A DNA stretch of 64,000 bases from an uncultured Actinomycetes bacterium (GCA_963841735.1 CAWJDT010000001.1:1600001-1664000); one strand, 5' to 3'; positions 37,953-49,796 are shown, counted from the first letter of the stretch. Translations and numbers: made by a program. Notes: generated by a model from the letters alone, not told the origin.

Positions 37953-38339
37953 CTAGACCATGCGGGCGGCGAACATCCCGAGTACTACCATTGCGATTCC
38001 AAGCACCGCATTGAGAAAGATGTTGAGTGTCGCCAGTCCCCAGCTTCCATTTCGAAGAAGCCTCATCGTCTCGACCGAGAACGTGGATAGGGTCGTGAAT
38101 GCCCCAAGAAACCCAGTGAAGATGAGCAACTCGACCGTTGGTGATAGCACCAAACGTCGCTCCAGCAGGCCGACCAGCAGACCCGCCAGCAAGCAGCCGA
38201 CCAGGTTGACGGCGACGGTGCCCACAGGAAACCGAGTACTAAAAAGGCGGGTGCCGGCAAGAGTGGTCAGATAGCGAAGAGCTGCCCCGACGCTGCCGCC
38301 GCCTGCGACCGCTACGATGCTCACCAGGGGTTGTGGCAT
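37953..38339 (-). CDS. crcB: Fluoride efflux channel FluC/CrcB
   Basis: GGSVGAALRY, PVGTVAVNLVGC, TGFLGAFTTLSTF; GAAGGAG RBS. Confidence 0.93.
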   Translation of the reverse strand: MPQPLVSIVAVAGGGSVGAALRYLTTLAGTRLFSTRFPVGTVAVNLVGCLLAGLLVGLLERRLVLSPTVELLIFTGFLGAFTTLSTFSVETMRLLRNGSWGLATLNIFLNAVLGIAMVVLGMFAARMV

Positions 38340-38385
38340 GCGCCTACTCCTTCCACGCGGCCAGAATAGCCTGGCCGAATCAATA

Positions 38386-38440
38386 GAGGTAGGCGTCATC
38401 AGCGTGTAGAGACTGCGGTTAAGGCGAACGCCATCGCCTG
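38386..38440 (-). ncRNA. Fluoride riboswitch (crcB motif)
   Basis: Minus strand GGCGAUGGCGUUCGCC-UUAACCGC...GCUGAUGACGCCUAC matches the consensus; directly upstream of crcB; TATACT -10 at 38461-38466. Confidence 0.93.
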
Positions 38441-38572
38441 TAGGGCTAACCCTACGGTCAAGTATAGCGGGCTCTCAGAAAAGCAGGTTGGGGCCGGAAT
38501 GGGAAGGCATCTTGGCCACCCGCGACGCTGACGAGCTCGACAGTTCGCTCTGACACTCTCGCCTCTGTGCCG

Positions 38573-40753
38573 CTAGAACACCAGCGGATCGGCCACCAAG
38601 TCGCTCACCCGCACTGCGCCGCGCACTGAATTGCCCACCAGGATCTCGTCGGCGCTCAGTAGGTGTTCCAGGGTGAGCGATCGCTCCTTGGCACCCTTTT
38701 GCTCCAGGAACCAAGCTCGCCAAATGCCGGGCAAGAGCCCGTCGCTCAGCGGAGGCGTGGTCCATTCTTGGCCAAAGCGGGCGAAGATGTTGGTGATGGC
38801 GCCCTCGGTGATGTGGTCGAGACGGTTTACGAACAGGGCGTCGAAGTGGCCCTCGTGCCGGGCTCGTCTGTGTTCCCGGTTGTAGAAGCCGCGGACGCTG
38901 GTCTTATGGCGTAAGAACGGGTCGTCGGGATCGGTACGGAAGGGTGATACCAGCAGGGTGACGGGCGGGGAGCCGGCACGAGCCGGGCTGTGGCCGGACG
39001 TGGGGCCGCCGTCCCCCGGGCCGCCGGTGCTGCCGGGTGGCTTGGGCATATCCCGAGTGGTGAGGCTGAAATTGGCAGCGCCGTCTAGCTCGATGCGGAC
39101 CACGGAGACATCCGGAGTGACCCTGGCCAGACCGATGAGGATCTCCCGGGCCGCCTCCGTATCGAACGGCACTCCCAGGGTCGCGGCCGAGGCGGCCATG
39201 CGGGCGAGGTGCTCATCGGCGAAGAGGTAGCGGGCCAATACTGCGGCGTCGCTTAGAGTAAGCGACGGACTCAGGCCATCAAGGCCCCTTGTGTACTCCA
39301 CTGTCTGGTCGCCTTCGCGGGCCTCGAGCAGGAGGGTCTCAAAGAAGTAGGCGCCTTCCGCGGGGGTCTCGGCCGAAACGGAGCTCTGTGGGGCGAATGC
39401 CGCCCGCAGGCGTTTCGCCGGATCCGGCCGCCAACCGCCGGTGGCCAAGTTCGGCTTGGAGGCCGGAGGCGTGGCGAAGGTGGCTTTGGTGAGGGTTTCC
39501 TCGAACTCGGCCACTGGTTCGGAGTCCCATACCACTCCCGAACCGGTGCCCAGCGTGCAGTGTCCCTTTCGGTGCAGAATCGTGCGGATGGCGATGTTGC
39601 ACGTGAAGTCCCTCCCCGGGGAGAAGAGTCCTACCGTTCCGGTGTAGACGTCTCGGGACTCGGTCTCGAGGTCGGCGATGATCTCCATGGTGTGGTGCTT
39701 GGGGGCGCCGGTGATGGAGGCCCCCGGGAACATGGCCTCCATGATGTCGGGCAGCGTGGCCCGGGGGTTGACGTCTCCCACCACCGTGCTGACCATCTGC
39801 CAAACGGTGCGATAGGGCTCCACCGCGTAGAGCGTTGGCACGCGCACGCTACCTGCGCGGCATACCCGGCCGAGGTCGTTGCGCACCATGTCGACGATCA
39901 TGAGGTTCTCGGCCCGCTCTTTCTCGGTCTCGGCCAGCTCGTAGGCCAAGGCCACATCTTTGGCGTGAGTTGTACCCCGGGGTCTGGTGCCCTTCATGGG
40001 TCGGCTCTCCAACCGGCGGCCGTCGCGGCGCAAGAACATCTCGGGCGAGAGGCTGACCACTTGGGCGTCGCCCAGGTCGAGATAGGCGGCGTACGGCACC
40101 TGCTGGCGGATCACCAGGGCTAGAAAGTAATCTAGGGGGTCGATGGCGCCGGTGGAGGCCGCGTCGGCTGGGGCCGCGCCGCGCTCCGCCGCCTCGCCGG
40201 GCATGGCCCCAGTCGTTCCCAGCGGGAACCGGCCCCGCACGGTGTAGTTCACCTGATAGGTGTCGCCGGCGGCGATGTAGGCGCGCACCCGGGTAATCGC
40301 GGCGACGTACTGCTCCCGGGAGACGCTCAGCTCGGGCTCGATTTGGGCAAGCGCCTGGGCGACCCGGGACACGTCCAACCGGTCCAGATGCGCGCGCCAC
40401 TTCTCGTCCGGTACCACCGTGGCCGACTCCGGCGGGTAGACCGCCATCCAGGCCGGCGGGAGCGCGTCGGGGCCGGGGTCACGGACAGTCAGCCCGAAGA
40501 CCGCACCGGCTTCATAGGCCAGGTAGCCGGCGACGTAGCGGCCCCGTTCCTGCTCGGCCTCCACCTCCGCGAGCAACCCAGGGATATCTCGCGGCTTGTC
40601 GGCCACCAGGATCCGACAGGGGTCGCAGAGCACGAGGGCTGCGCCTGGCGGAGTGGTCTCTCGCGGACCTCGGGGAAGCCAGGATCCTCCACCGGCGAAG
40701 AGGGCGGTTCCGCGCCCTCGGGGCCAGGGCCCGCTAGGAGGTGTATCCGGCAA
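38573..40753 (-). CDS. pabB: Aminodeoxychorismate synthase component I fused to class IV aminotransferase/ADC lyase (PabB-PabC)
   Basis: GDTYQVN, SPEMF, PMKGT, MIVDMVRNDLG, SITGAPK; C-terminal FFETL, HLARM, HKT, TEG, LLPGI, GNSVRG. Confidence 0.88.
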   Translation of the reverse strand: MPDTPPSGPWPRGRGTALFAGGGSWLPRGPRETTPPGAALVLCDPCRILVADKPRDIPGLLAEVEAEQERGRYVAGYLAYEAGAVFGLTVRDPGPDALPPAWMAVYPPESATVVPDEKWRAHLDRLDVSRVAQALAQIEPELSVSREQYVAAITRVRAYIAAGDTYQVNYTVRGRFPLGTTGAMPGEAAERGAAPADAASTGAIDPLDYFLALVIRQQVPYAAYLDLGDAQVVSLSPEMFLRRDGRRLESRPMKGTRPRGTTHAKDVALAYELAETEKERAENLMIVDMVRNDLGRVCRAGSVRVPTLYAVEPYRTVWQMVSTVVGDVNPRATLPDIMEAMFPGASITGAPKHHTMEIIADLETESRDVYTGTVGLFSPGRDFTCNIAIRTILHRKGHCTLGTGSGVVWDSEPVAEFEETLTKATFATPPASKPNLATGGWRPDPAKRLRAAFAPQSSVSAETPAEGAYFFETLLLEAREGDQTVEYTRGLDGLSPSLTLSDAAVLARYLFADEHLARMAASAATLGVPFDTEAAREILIGLARVTPDVSVVRIELDGAANFSLTTRDMPKPPGSTGGPGDGGPTSGHSPARAGSPPVTLLVSPFRTDPDDPFLRHKTSVRGFYNREHRRARHEGHFDALFVNRLDHITEGAITNIFARFGQEWTTPPLSDGLLPGIWRAWFLEQKGAKERSLTLEHLLSADEILVGNSVRGAVRVSDLVADPLVF

Positions 40754-41459
40754 AGCTCTCCGTCACAATCTGTGTCAAGGGGATGCTCAATGCGGCGATG
40801 ACCTTCTCCATGGCCACTATCATGGCCGGCGGCCCCACCACGTAGTACGTCCAGTCTTGGGGCTCGCCCAGCTCGGCGCGCACAATGTCGGCGGTGATGA
40901 ACCCCCGGTGGCCCTTCCAAGTCTTCTTGGGCGCGGTGATCACGTATGCCAGACGCAGCCCCGGTACGACGCGGGCGAACTCCTCGAGCTCCTTCTTGTA
41001 GAGGATGCCGCTCTCGGTCATCGATCCGTAGAACAGCACAAGTTCTTGTCCCGCTATCCTGCCGGCTCCCGCCGTGTCGGCCAGGTAGCGCAGCATGCTC
41101 CGCACGGGAGTGATGCCTACACCTCCCGTCAAGAAGGCGATCTTGGGCGTCTGGGACTGGAAGACAAAGCGGCCATAGGGTCCGTCGAAGGTGGCTTCGC
41201 CTCCCAGGGGTAGAGCGTCGAGAGCATTCTTGAACGCCGATCCGGTCAATCTGGTGGTCAGCTCTACGTGATCCTCGGTGGGGGAGTCGGCGTGGCTGAA
41301 GTGGTGCTCCAGCGGGCCCTCCGGCGATGGCACGGTGATCGCGAAGTGCTGGCCCGGCACGAACGCGTAGTCGGGCGGCCGGGAGAACCGGAAGCTGGCG
41401 GTGTCGGCGCCGTGGGGGATCTTCTCGAGCAATGTGCCGGTGAAGGTCATGGGTGCCAT
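40734..41459 (-). CDS. FAD/NAD(P)H oxidoreductase (FNR-like)
   Basis: FVPGQH, GPYGRF, GGVGITP, VGPPAM, ESF; GGAGG RBS. Confidence 0.85.
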   Translation of the reverse strand: MAPMTFTGTLLEKIPHGADTASFRFSRPPDYAFVPGQHFAITVPSPEGPLEHHFSHADSPTEDHVELTTRLTGSAFKNALDALPLGGEATFDGPYGRFVFQSQTPKIAFLTGGVGITPVRSMLRYLADTAGAGRIAGQELVLFYGSMTESGILYKKELEEFARVVPGLRLAYVITAPKKTWKGHRGFITADIVRAELGEPQDWTYYVVGPPAMIVAMEKVIAALSIPLTQIVTESFAGYTS

Positions 41460-41540
41460 GGGTGTGAGCCTCCTGGCGGAGTTCCGCGTAGTCGTAGCTC
41501 CTGCGAGATAGAATAGCAGCCGCATCCGACCGGAGGAGTC

Positions 41541-42772
41541 ATGGAAGACTTGAGCAACAACGGCATTGCCGCTTTGTCGACGGAGCCTGATAGGGCTCTG
41601 GTGACCGCGGCCCGCTGCGCCGACTACGAGCTGGAGGTGGTGCGGGCGGCACTGCGGGAAGTGCTCGCGCCCCTGGGTGGCATGGCCGCCTTCGTCAAGC
41701 CGGGCGAGCGCATCGCTCTCAAGCCCAACCTGCTCATGCCCGCGGACCCCGAGAAGGCCATCGCCACCCACCCCGTGGTGGTGGCGGCGGTCGCGTTGGA
41801 GGTCATGGAGGCTGGGGCCCATCCCGTCGTGGTGGAGAGTCCGGGCATCAGCGTGATGCACGTCAAGTCGGTCATGGAGCGGGTGTTCCGCAAGACCGGC
41901 TACACCGAGATGGCCGAGCGCCACGGGTTCGAGCTCAGCCTCGACATGGAGTACGAGACCGTGTCGTGTCCCGATGCCGTGTTATTCCAAGCGCTTCGAA
42001 GTGATGACCCCCATCCTGCAGGCCGACGGCGTCATCAACCTGGCCAAGTTCAAGACGCACATGTTCATGATCTTCACCGGGGCCACCAAGAACCTGTTCG
42101 GGGTGATCCCCGGGCTCAACAAGGCCTCCTACCACGCCCGGCTGGCCGATCCCCGAGCGCTTCGCCAACATGCTGCTGGACCTCGCCTACTTGGTGCGGC
42201 CCCGGCTGAACATCGTCGACGGAGTGCTGGGTCTGGAGGGCGACGGACCGGGCACGGGCGGACATCCGAGACATCTAGGCGTGCTGCTGGCCGGCGTCGA
42301 TCCGGTGACCGTGGACGTGGCCTGCTGCCGCATCGCCGACATCGACCCTGCCAAGGTGCCGGTGCTGCTGGTGGCCAAGAAGCGGGGCATGTGGAGCGGA
42401 CATCCGGCCGACGTGGAGACCGTGGGGGTCCCGGTGGCCGAGCTGCGGGTGACGGACTTCGTCAGGCCCGAAGGCTACAAGGGGATCGGCGTAGGAGGCA
42501 AGGCCGGGGCTCTCGACGGTCCCATCCGTCTGGTGCTGCGGCGTTTCAATCGCGTGCCGCGTCCCAAGGCGGGCCGCTGCACCGTGTGCGGCGACTGCGA
42601 GCGGGCCTGCCCGGTCAAGGCTATCGCCATCGACAAGGCCGGCAAGGTGGCCCGGGTGGACGACTCCCTCTGCATCCGCTGCTACTGTTGTCACGAGATG
42701 TGCCCCTCGGCAGCCATCGATCTTGAGTTCACCGGCATGGGCCGGGTGATGCACCGGCTGAGGCTGCTGTGA
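41541..42772 (+). CDS. DUF362 domain protein with two C-terminal 4Fe-4S motifs; apparent frameshifts (~41985, ~42160)
   Basis: [27 protein letters not shown]; [24 protein letters not shown]. Confidence 0.85.
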
Positions 42773-43703
42773 TGAGCGCCGGGGCCGGAGAGCACGGCAT
42801 CGGCGCCGCAGCCACGGGCGGCGCGCCGGGCGGCGAGTCGCCGAGCGCGGCACCGCCACGCCGGCCATCCGGCTGGTCGCCCTCGACCTCGACGGCGTGG
42901 TGTGGCGCGGAGAAGAGGTCCTGCCGGGAGTGCGCGAGGCCCTGCAAGGCGTTCTGCGCCGCGGGCTCGACCTGCGCTACGTCAGCAACAACTCCACAGC
43001 TCACCGCTCAACGGTCTCCGACCGGCTGGCCGGTCTGGGACTGCCGGCCGGGACAGAGAGGGTGTTGACGTCGGGGTTCGTCACCGGCAGGTGGCTGCGG
43101 GAGCGGTTGCCCCAAGGGACGCCGGTGTTGGTGGTGGGTGAAGAGGGCTTGGAGCGAGAGCTGCGCGAGGCCGGGCTGGCCCCGCGCCGCGCCGGGGCCG
43201 CCGCGCCGAAGCCCGCGGTGCCCGAGGAGGCGGCGCCGAAGGCCGTCGTGGTGGGCATGGACCGGCAGTTTGACTACGCGGGTCTCGCCGAAGCGCAGGC
43301 CGCTCTTCTCGGAGGGGCGCTCTTCGTGGCCACCAACCGCGATGCCACGTTCCCGACGCCCCGCGGCCTCAAGCCCGGGGCCGGAGCCATCGTGGCCGCG
43401 GTGGCCGCGGCGGCCGAACGGGAGCCGGTGTCGCTGGGTAAGCCCGGCCTCGCCCTGGCCGAGGTGTTGGCGGCCGTGACCGGCGTTTCACCGGCTGAGA
43501 CGCTGTTCGTGGGCGACAGGCTTAGCACCGACATCGGCATGGGCAGAGCGGCCGGGATGGTCACCGTTCTGGTCCTCACCGGGGTGACCAGCCAGGAGGA
43601 CCTGGAGGCCGCGCGCATGGCGGGCTCCGACGAGCTGCTGCCCGATCATATTCTTGCCGGGTTGGCGGAGCTGTCCGGGCTGCTCGATCGCTTGGGCGGC
43701 TAA
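42772..43703 (+). CDS. HAD-IIA (NagD-like) phosphatase; apparent frameshift in N-terminal extension
   Basis: ALDLDGVVW, SNNS, ATNRD, GKP, GDRLSTDI, LTGV. Confidence 0.85.
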
Positions 43704-43799
43704 GGTCGGCGGTGCTCTCGGGCCCGGCCTGTCGCTTCAGCTTTCGTGCAATCGAGACCCTGACCGGGGCCTGTGACAGGCGCCCCTGACCGGCGGTTA

Positions 43800-43828
43800 T
43801 TGACACGCATTAGTCGCTACGATAGTAT
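43800..43828 (+). promoter_or_regulatory. sigma70 promoter of sulfur operon
   Basis: TTGACA-17 bp-TAGTAT. Confidence 0.65.
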
Positions 43829-43881
43829 CCCTATCGGGTTAGTGTACTTAGCAGTGCGTGGACGCCTGGGAGCAGAGGCTA

Positions 43882-44344
43882 GTGGTTCTTTCGCAGAAAG
43901 CGCAATACGCCGTGAGAGCGTCGTTCGAACTCGCCAAGCGGTACGGCTCCGGGCCGGTGAAGGCCGTCGAGCATCGCGGAGTCGCAGTGCATCCCCAGTC
44001 GCTTCTTGGAGAACATCTTGGGACAATTGCGTCAGGCGGGCGTGGTTGAGTCGGCGCGGGGCAAGGAGGGCGGCTATCGCTTGGCTCGGCCTCCGCGACA
44101 GGTCTTGGTGGGCGAGGTCATCCGCCTCATCCAGGGGCCGCTCACGGTGGTGGACTGTATCGGCGCGGGCGAGGGGAGTGACTCCGGCCGTGAGTGCGCG
44201 CTGCGGCCTGGCTGCGTGCTTCTGCCCATGTGGGACAGGGCCCATCGGGCCATGATGGATGTGTTCGACGAGACGAGTCTTGAAGACTTGGTGGAACAGG
44301 AACGAGCGGCAAATGGACTTGAAGTCATCGACTATGCCATCTGA
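43882..44344 (+). CDS. Rrf2 family regulator (CymR/IscR-like); apparent frameshift ~43975-44000
   Basis: SQKAQYAVRA..ELA; LENILGQLRQAG.VESARGKEGGYRLA; three C-terminal Cys. Confidence 0.85.
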
Positions 44345-44445
44345 ACCACGGGCGCAGCGAATGCTCGGGCGCCTGGCGGCGCGAAGCCACCCCAGGCGCA
44401 GTCCGGCTCGTCCCCAGTCGTGCTCCAACTGAGAGAGGCATTCCC

Positions 44446-45778
44446 ATGACAGACTTCGATTTCGAGAACTACGGCCCCGACACCCTGGCGCTGCACGCCG
44501 GTCATACGCCCGACCAGGACACGCTTGTCGCGCGCGGTGCCCATATACCAGACAAGCAGCTACGTGTTCCGCGACTCCGAACACGCCGCCAACCTTTTCG
44601 CCCTGAAAGAGTTCGGCAACATCTACACCCGGCTCACCAACCCCACCACCGAGGTGCTCGAGAAGCGGTTGGCCGCGCTGCACGGCGCGGCCGGGGCGGT
44701 GGCGACGGCGTCGGGGGCGGCGGCCATCTTCTATGCCATCGCCGCCATCACCTCGACGGGGCAGAACTTCGTCACCGGCGACAAGCTCTACGGCGGCACC
44801 TACACGCAGTTCACTGGGCCGCTGAAGCGCTTCGGCATCGAGGCGCGGTTCGTGGATTCGAGCGACCCGGCCAACTTCGAAAGGGCGATCGACGAGAACA
44901 CCCGTCTGCTCTATACCGAGTCGGTTGGTAATCCCAAGGGCAACGTGGACGATCTGGAGGTCATCGCCGAGATCGCGCACAAGCACAAGCTGCCGCTCGT
45001 AGTGGACAACACGGTCACGCCGCCGCCGCTATTCGACCCTTTTGAGCACGGGATCGACATCGCGGTGTATTCGCTCACCAAGATGATCGGTGGTCACGGC
45101 ACCTCCATCGGGGGAGCGGTGGTGGACAAGGGCGACTTCGACTGGAAGGGCGCCGGCAGATATCCAGAGATAACAGAACCAGATCTTGCCTACCATGGGG
45201 TGAACTTCTGGGATGCGTTCGGTAGTCACGACAAGGCGGTCGCTCCGGGACTGGCGTATGTACTCAAGATCCGCACCGGGCTGCTACGCGACCTGGGGGC
45301 GTGCCTGTCGCCGTTCAATTCGTGGCTGTTCATCCAGGGAGTGGAGACGCTGCCCCTGCGGGCGCGCACCCACGCCGCGAATGCGCAGGCGGTGGCTCAG
45401 TTCTTGACCGACCACTCGGTGGTGACTTCGGTGGACTATGCCGGATTGCCCGGGCATCCCGATTTCGACCGGGCTCGTCGCTACTTCCCCCTGGGGCCTG
45501 GCGCGGTCTTCGGCTTTGAGATCAAGGGCGGCCTGGAAGCGGGCAAGAAGCTCATTGATTCGGTGAAGCTGGCCTCGCACGTGGCCAACATCCTCGACGC
45601 CAAGACCTTGGTCATTCATCCGGCCAGCACCACCCACCAGCAGCTCACCGCCGAGGAGCAGCTCAAGGCGGGGGTTACGCCCGGCCTAATCAGGGTATCG
45701 GTGGGCATCGAAGACCTGCACGACATCATCGCCGACCTCGACCAGGCGCTGCGGGCGTCGCAGGGCGCGGCCTCCTAG
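44446..45778 (+). CDS. metY: O-acetylhomoserine sulfhydrylase; apparent frameshift ~44530
   Basis: TLALHAG; [37 protein letters not shown]. Confidence 0.9.
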
Positions 45779-45836
45779 GGGCCGGTCGGTGGCGGCTCGG
45801 GGCGGCCCGGGCCCAAGCACAGCAAAGGAGCGCATC

Positions 45837-46791
45837 GTGGCCACCATATACGACGACAACTCCCTCTCTATAGGGCACACGCCGCTGGTGCGGTTGAACC
45901 GTGTGGTCGGCAAGACCCAGGCCCGGGTCCTGGCCAAGATCGAGGGGCGCAACCCGGCGTACTCGGTGAAATGCCGCATAGGGGCGTCCATGATCTGGGA
46001 CGCGGAGAAGAAGGGGCTGATCAAGCCTCACACCGAGATCATCGAGCCCACCAGCGGCAATACCGGTATCGCTCTGGCCTATGTCTGCGCGGCCCGGGGC
46101 TACAAGCTCACGCTGACCATGCCCGAGACCATGAGCATGGAGCGACGCAAGGTGCTGGCCTTCTTCGGTGCCAACCTTCTGTTGACTCCCGGCGCCGAGG
46201 GCATGAAGGGCGCGATCCGAACGGCGGAGGAACTCGTGGCCAACGACCCCGAGCACTACTTTCTGCCGCAGCAGTTCAACAACCCGGCCAACCCAGCCAT
46301 CCACGAGAAGTACTACCGGTCCGGAGATCTGGACCGACACCGACGGTCAGGTGTATGCGTTGGTGGCCGGTGTGGGCACGGGCGGCACCATATCGGGCAT
46401 CTCCCGCTTCTTCGAGACCGTCAAGGGGCAGCCGCTTCAGTCGGTCGCGGTGGAGCCCGCCGCCAGTCCGGTGATCGGCCAGGCGCTGGCGGGAGAGGAG
46501 ATCAGGCCGGGGCCGCACAAGATCCAAGGCATCGGCGCTGGTTTCATCCCCGAGAACCTCGACCTGTCGCTCATCGACCGGGTGGAAGCGGTGGAGAATG
46601 ACGAGGCTGTGGATATGGCTCGGCGCCTGGCTCGGGAAGAGGGCATCTTGTGTGGCATATCGAGCGGAGCGGCAGCGGCCGCGGCCGTACGACTGGCCCA
46701 AGAGCCGGAGTTCACGGGTAGGACCATTGTGGTCATCTTGCCCGACGCCGGCGAACGCTACCTGTCGACCGCGCTGTTCGGGAAGAACTGA
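45837..46791 (+). CDS. cysK: Cysteine synthase A; apparent frameshift ~46315
   Basis: [51 protein letters not shown]. Confidence 0.92.
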
Positions 46792-46814
46792 GGGCCTCAG
46801 CAGCGCAGCGGGGT

Positions 46815-47841
46815 GTGATGATGGAGAAGCCAGACAGATACTCGCGGCAGACCATCTTCCCGGGTATCGGGCCGGAGGGGCAAAAGCGGCTGGGAGAAGG
46901 CTTCGCAGTGGTGGTGGGCTGCGGGGCGCTCGGTTCGGTGAGCGCCAGCGCGCTGGTGCGGGCCGGGGTAGGCCGGGTGCGGGTGATCGACCGGGACTTC
47001 ATCGAGCAGCACAACCTGCAGCGGCAACTACTCTATACCGAGCAGGACATCGCGGACAATCTGCCCAAGGCTGGTGGCGGCCGAGCGGCACCTGCGCGCG
47101 GCTAACTCGGACGTGGAGGTGGAGGGAGTCGTCGCCGACTTCGACCAGGTCAACGCCGAAAAGCTGGTGACCGGCGCCGGCGTCATCGTCGACGGGCTGG
47201 ACAACTTCGACGACGCGCTTTCTGCTCAACGACGTGGCGCTCAAACTGGGGATCCCTGGGTGTACGGAGGGGCCATCCAGGCGAGCGGCATGACCGCCAC
47301 TTTCCTCCCGGGCGGGAAGCCCTGCTTCCGCTGCCTGGTGGGTTCGCCCGCGCGTCCGCGGGAGTCTCACCTGCGACACCGCAGGGGTGGTCAATGCAGC
47401 CCCCTGGGCCGTCGGTTCCCTGCAAGCGGCGGAGGCTCTCAAGATCTTGGCGGGCACGGCGCCGCCGTCTCGTGACTTGGTGGTGGTGGATCTGTGGAGT
47501 CGGTCCTTTGAGTCGCTGCCCTTGCCGACTTCACCGCGCCGACTGCCCGGCCTGCGGCGGGACGTACGAGTTTCTCGAGGGCAGGCCCGTAACACGCGCT
47601 TCACCAGCCTGTGCGGACAGGACGCCGTGCAGGTTTGGGACCCCACCTCCACGGGGTGTCGCTGGCGCAGCTCAAGGCGCGGCTGAGCGCGTTGGCACCG
47701 GTGGAAGGCGGCGAGCAGATGCTCCGTTTCCCGGTGGGGGAGCAGGAGTTGGTGGTTTTTGCCGACGGCCGCACCATCGTGCGGGGCACCCGCGACGAGA
47801 AGGTGGCCCGGGCGCTCTACGCCCAGTATCTGGGGATGTAG
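46815..47841 (+). CDS. ThiF/MoeB family adenylyltransferase; multiple apparent frameshifts
   Basis: [51 protein letters not shown]. Confidence 0.85.
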
Positions 47842-48154
47842 CGGGGCCGCACCGCAGGGCGTTGCGTGCCGCGCCGGCCACGGCCGCCGGGCGCCTGCCG
47901 CTTCCAGCGCGCCACCCCCGGCAGGGGCCGGAGTGGGGCGCCGGCCTGACCATCGTGGTAAGATGGGCCGCATGTTGACACCGACGGTGGCGCGAGACAC
48001 CAAAGGCGGCTATCAAGACCTCGGCTGAGGTTTTCTCAGGCAGCCGCGCTAATCACACCATCCCCATTTGCCGATATTGTTCATATGTCGCGGTCTGTCT
48101 CTGGTTGCCCAAAGGGGCTTGAGACAGAGCGAAGGCCTGAACCAGGAGGGCATC

Positions 48155-49796
48155 ATGGCCATGGCTACAGCGCGATCCTCACGTGACTACCGAGTCCCCA
48201 CCCTTTCGATTCTGCTTGCCCTTGTAGGCGCACTGTTCCTGCTCTTGGGAGCGGCCGTGGGCGGCGGCCAAGCTCTGGCGACGACCGCGGAGGCGGGCGG
48301 CCTGGATACCGGCAGCGGCGTTGTGGAGTCCTCAAACGCCGGGGCGGTCGATCCGTACGCCCCGACCGTGGGCATACTCTTCCCCATGGAAGGGCGCATC
48401 GTCTGGACCGACACCTTTGGGGCCCCCCGGGCGGGCCACACTCATGCCGGCAACGACCTGTTGGCGCCGAAGATGACGCCGCTGTTGGCTGTGGTCGACG
48501 GTGAGGTCGACTGGCTCGATCCGGACGGATCGTCAAGCTACAGCCTTCTTCTGCGGGGCGACGACGGCAACGATTACTTCTACATCCATATCAACAACGA
48601 CACGCCCGGCACCGACGACGGGCTGGGCGGGGTCAAGTACGCCTATGCCCCCGGGCTCTATGATGGCAAGCACGTGGAACGAGGTGAGTTGATCGCCTAC
48701 GTGGGTGACAGCGGCAATGCCGAGAGTACCGTTCCTCACCTCCATTTCGAGATCCACTACGGCGGCTACAAGAACCCCATCGATCCCTACAGCAGCCTGA
48801 TGGCTGCTCCCACACTGGCCGAGTGGATAGCCGACGGCAGGCCCGACCTGACCACAGACGTAACTCCGCGCGCGCCCGCGGCCTCTTTCGTTTCGCTGCG
48901 TGGCACCGACCGCTTTGACACAGCCGTCAGGATCTCGCGTGACATGTTCTCCAGTGCCCTGCCGGCCGGTTCGGGTCTGGTGCTTGCTCCGGGCGAGACT
49001 TTCCCTGAGGCGCTGTGCGGTGCGCCGCTGGCCGCCGCATACGGCGGCCCGGTGCTCCTTACGCCGGTGAGTGGACTCAGGAGCACGGTGTGCGACGAGA
49101 TCGTGCGGCTGGCTCCTGAGCATGTCGTCTGCATCGGGCTGTCCGAGGCCATCGCGGCAGCGGTGCAGGCCGCGCTGCCTGGGGCGTCCGTGACCACCAT
49201 CCGCGGCGATGGGGGGAACGTCTACGACATGAGCTACAAGGTGGCCATAGCCCTTGGCCAGAAGGTCGGTGACCTGAGCGGCGCCACTGCCGTCAGTCAC
49301 CCGAGGCGACCTATTCCCGGATGCCATCGGGGTCTCTCCGTTGGTGTGCGCCCAGAAGTGGCCGGTGTTGCTGACAAAGGGGCCGGCCGGCAGTCTGAAC
49401 CCCAGCGCGGTAGCGGCTCTGACCGAACTCGGCATTTCCAAGGCCATCAAGGTGGGCACGTACGTCACCCTGCCGGCAGGCGTGGTCGGACTGGCGAATC
49501 TTTCTGGTGACAACCGCTACTACACCAACCGCAACGTGGCCTTGTGGGCCATGAACAACGCGGGTCTGACCTTCGCCCATCTGGGCATAACCACCGGGGA
49601 CAAGTTCCCCGATGCTTTGGCAGCCGGGCCCTATTTGGCCCTTGACCGCGGCATCCTTCTCCTGAGCCCGCTGAAGGGACCATTGCCTTCGTTCATCGGC
49701 GCGGAGATCGCCGGCAACGGCGCGGCGGTGAAGCGGGTGTCGTTCATCGCCATGATCGAGCCGGTGATGGGGCAGGTCAAAGCGCGTCTGCCGTAG
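48155..49796 (+). CDS. Secreted M23 peptidase with cell wall-binding repeat 2 (CWB2) domains; apparent frameshift ~49295
   Basis: HAGND, YIH, HLH; GTDRFDTA, FPEAL..PVLLT, FPDALAAGP. Confidence 0.85.
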
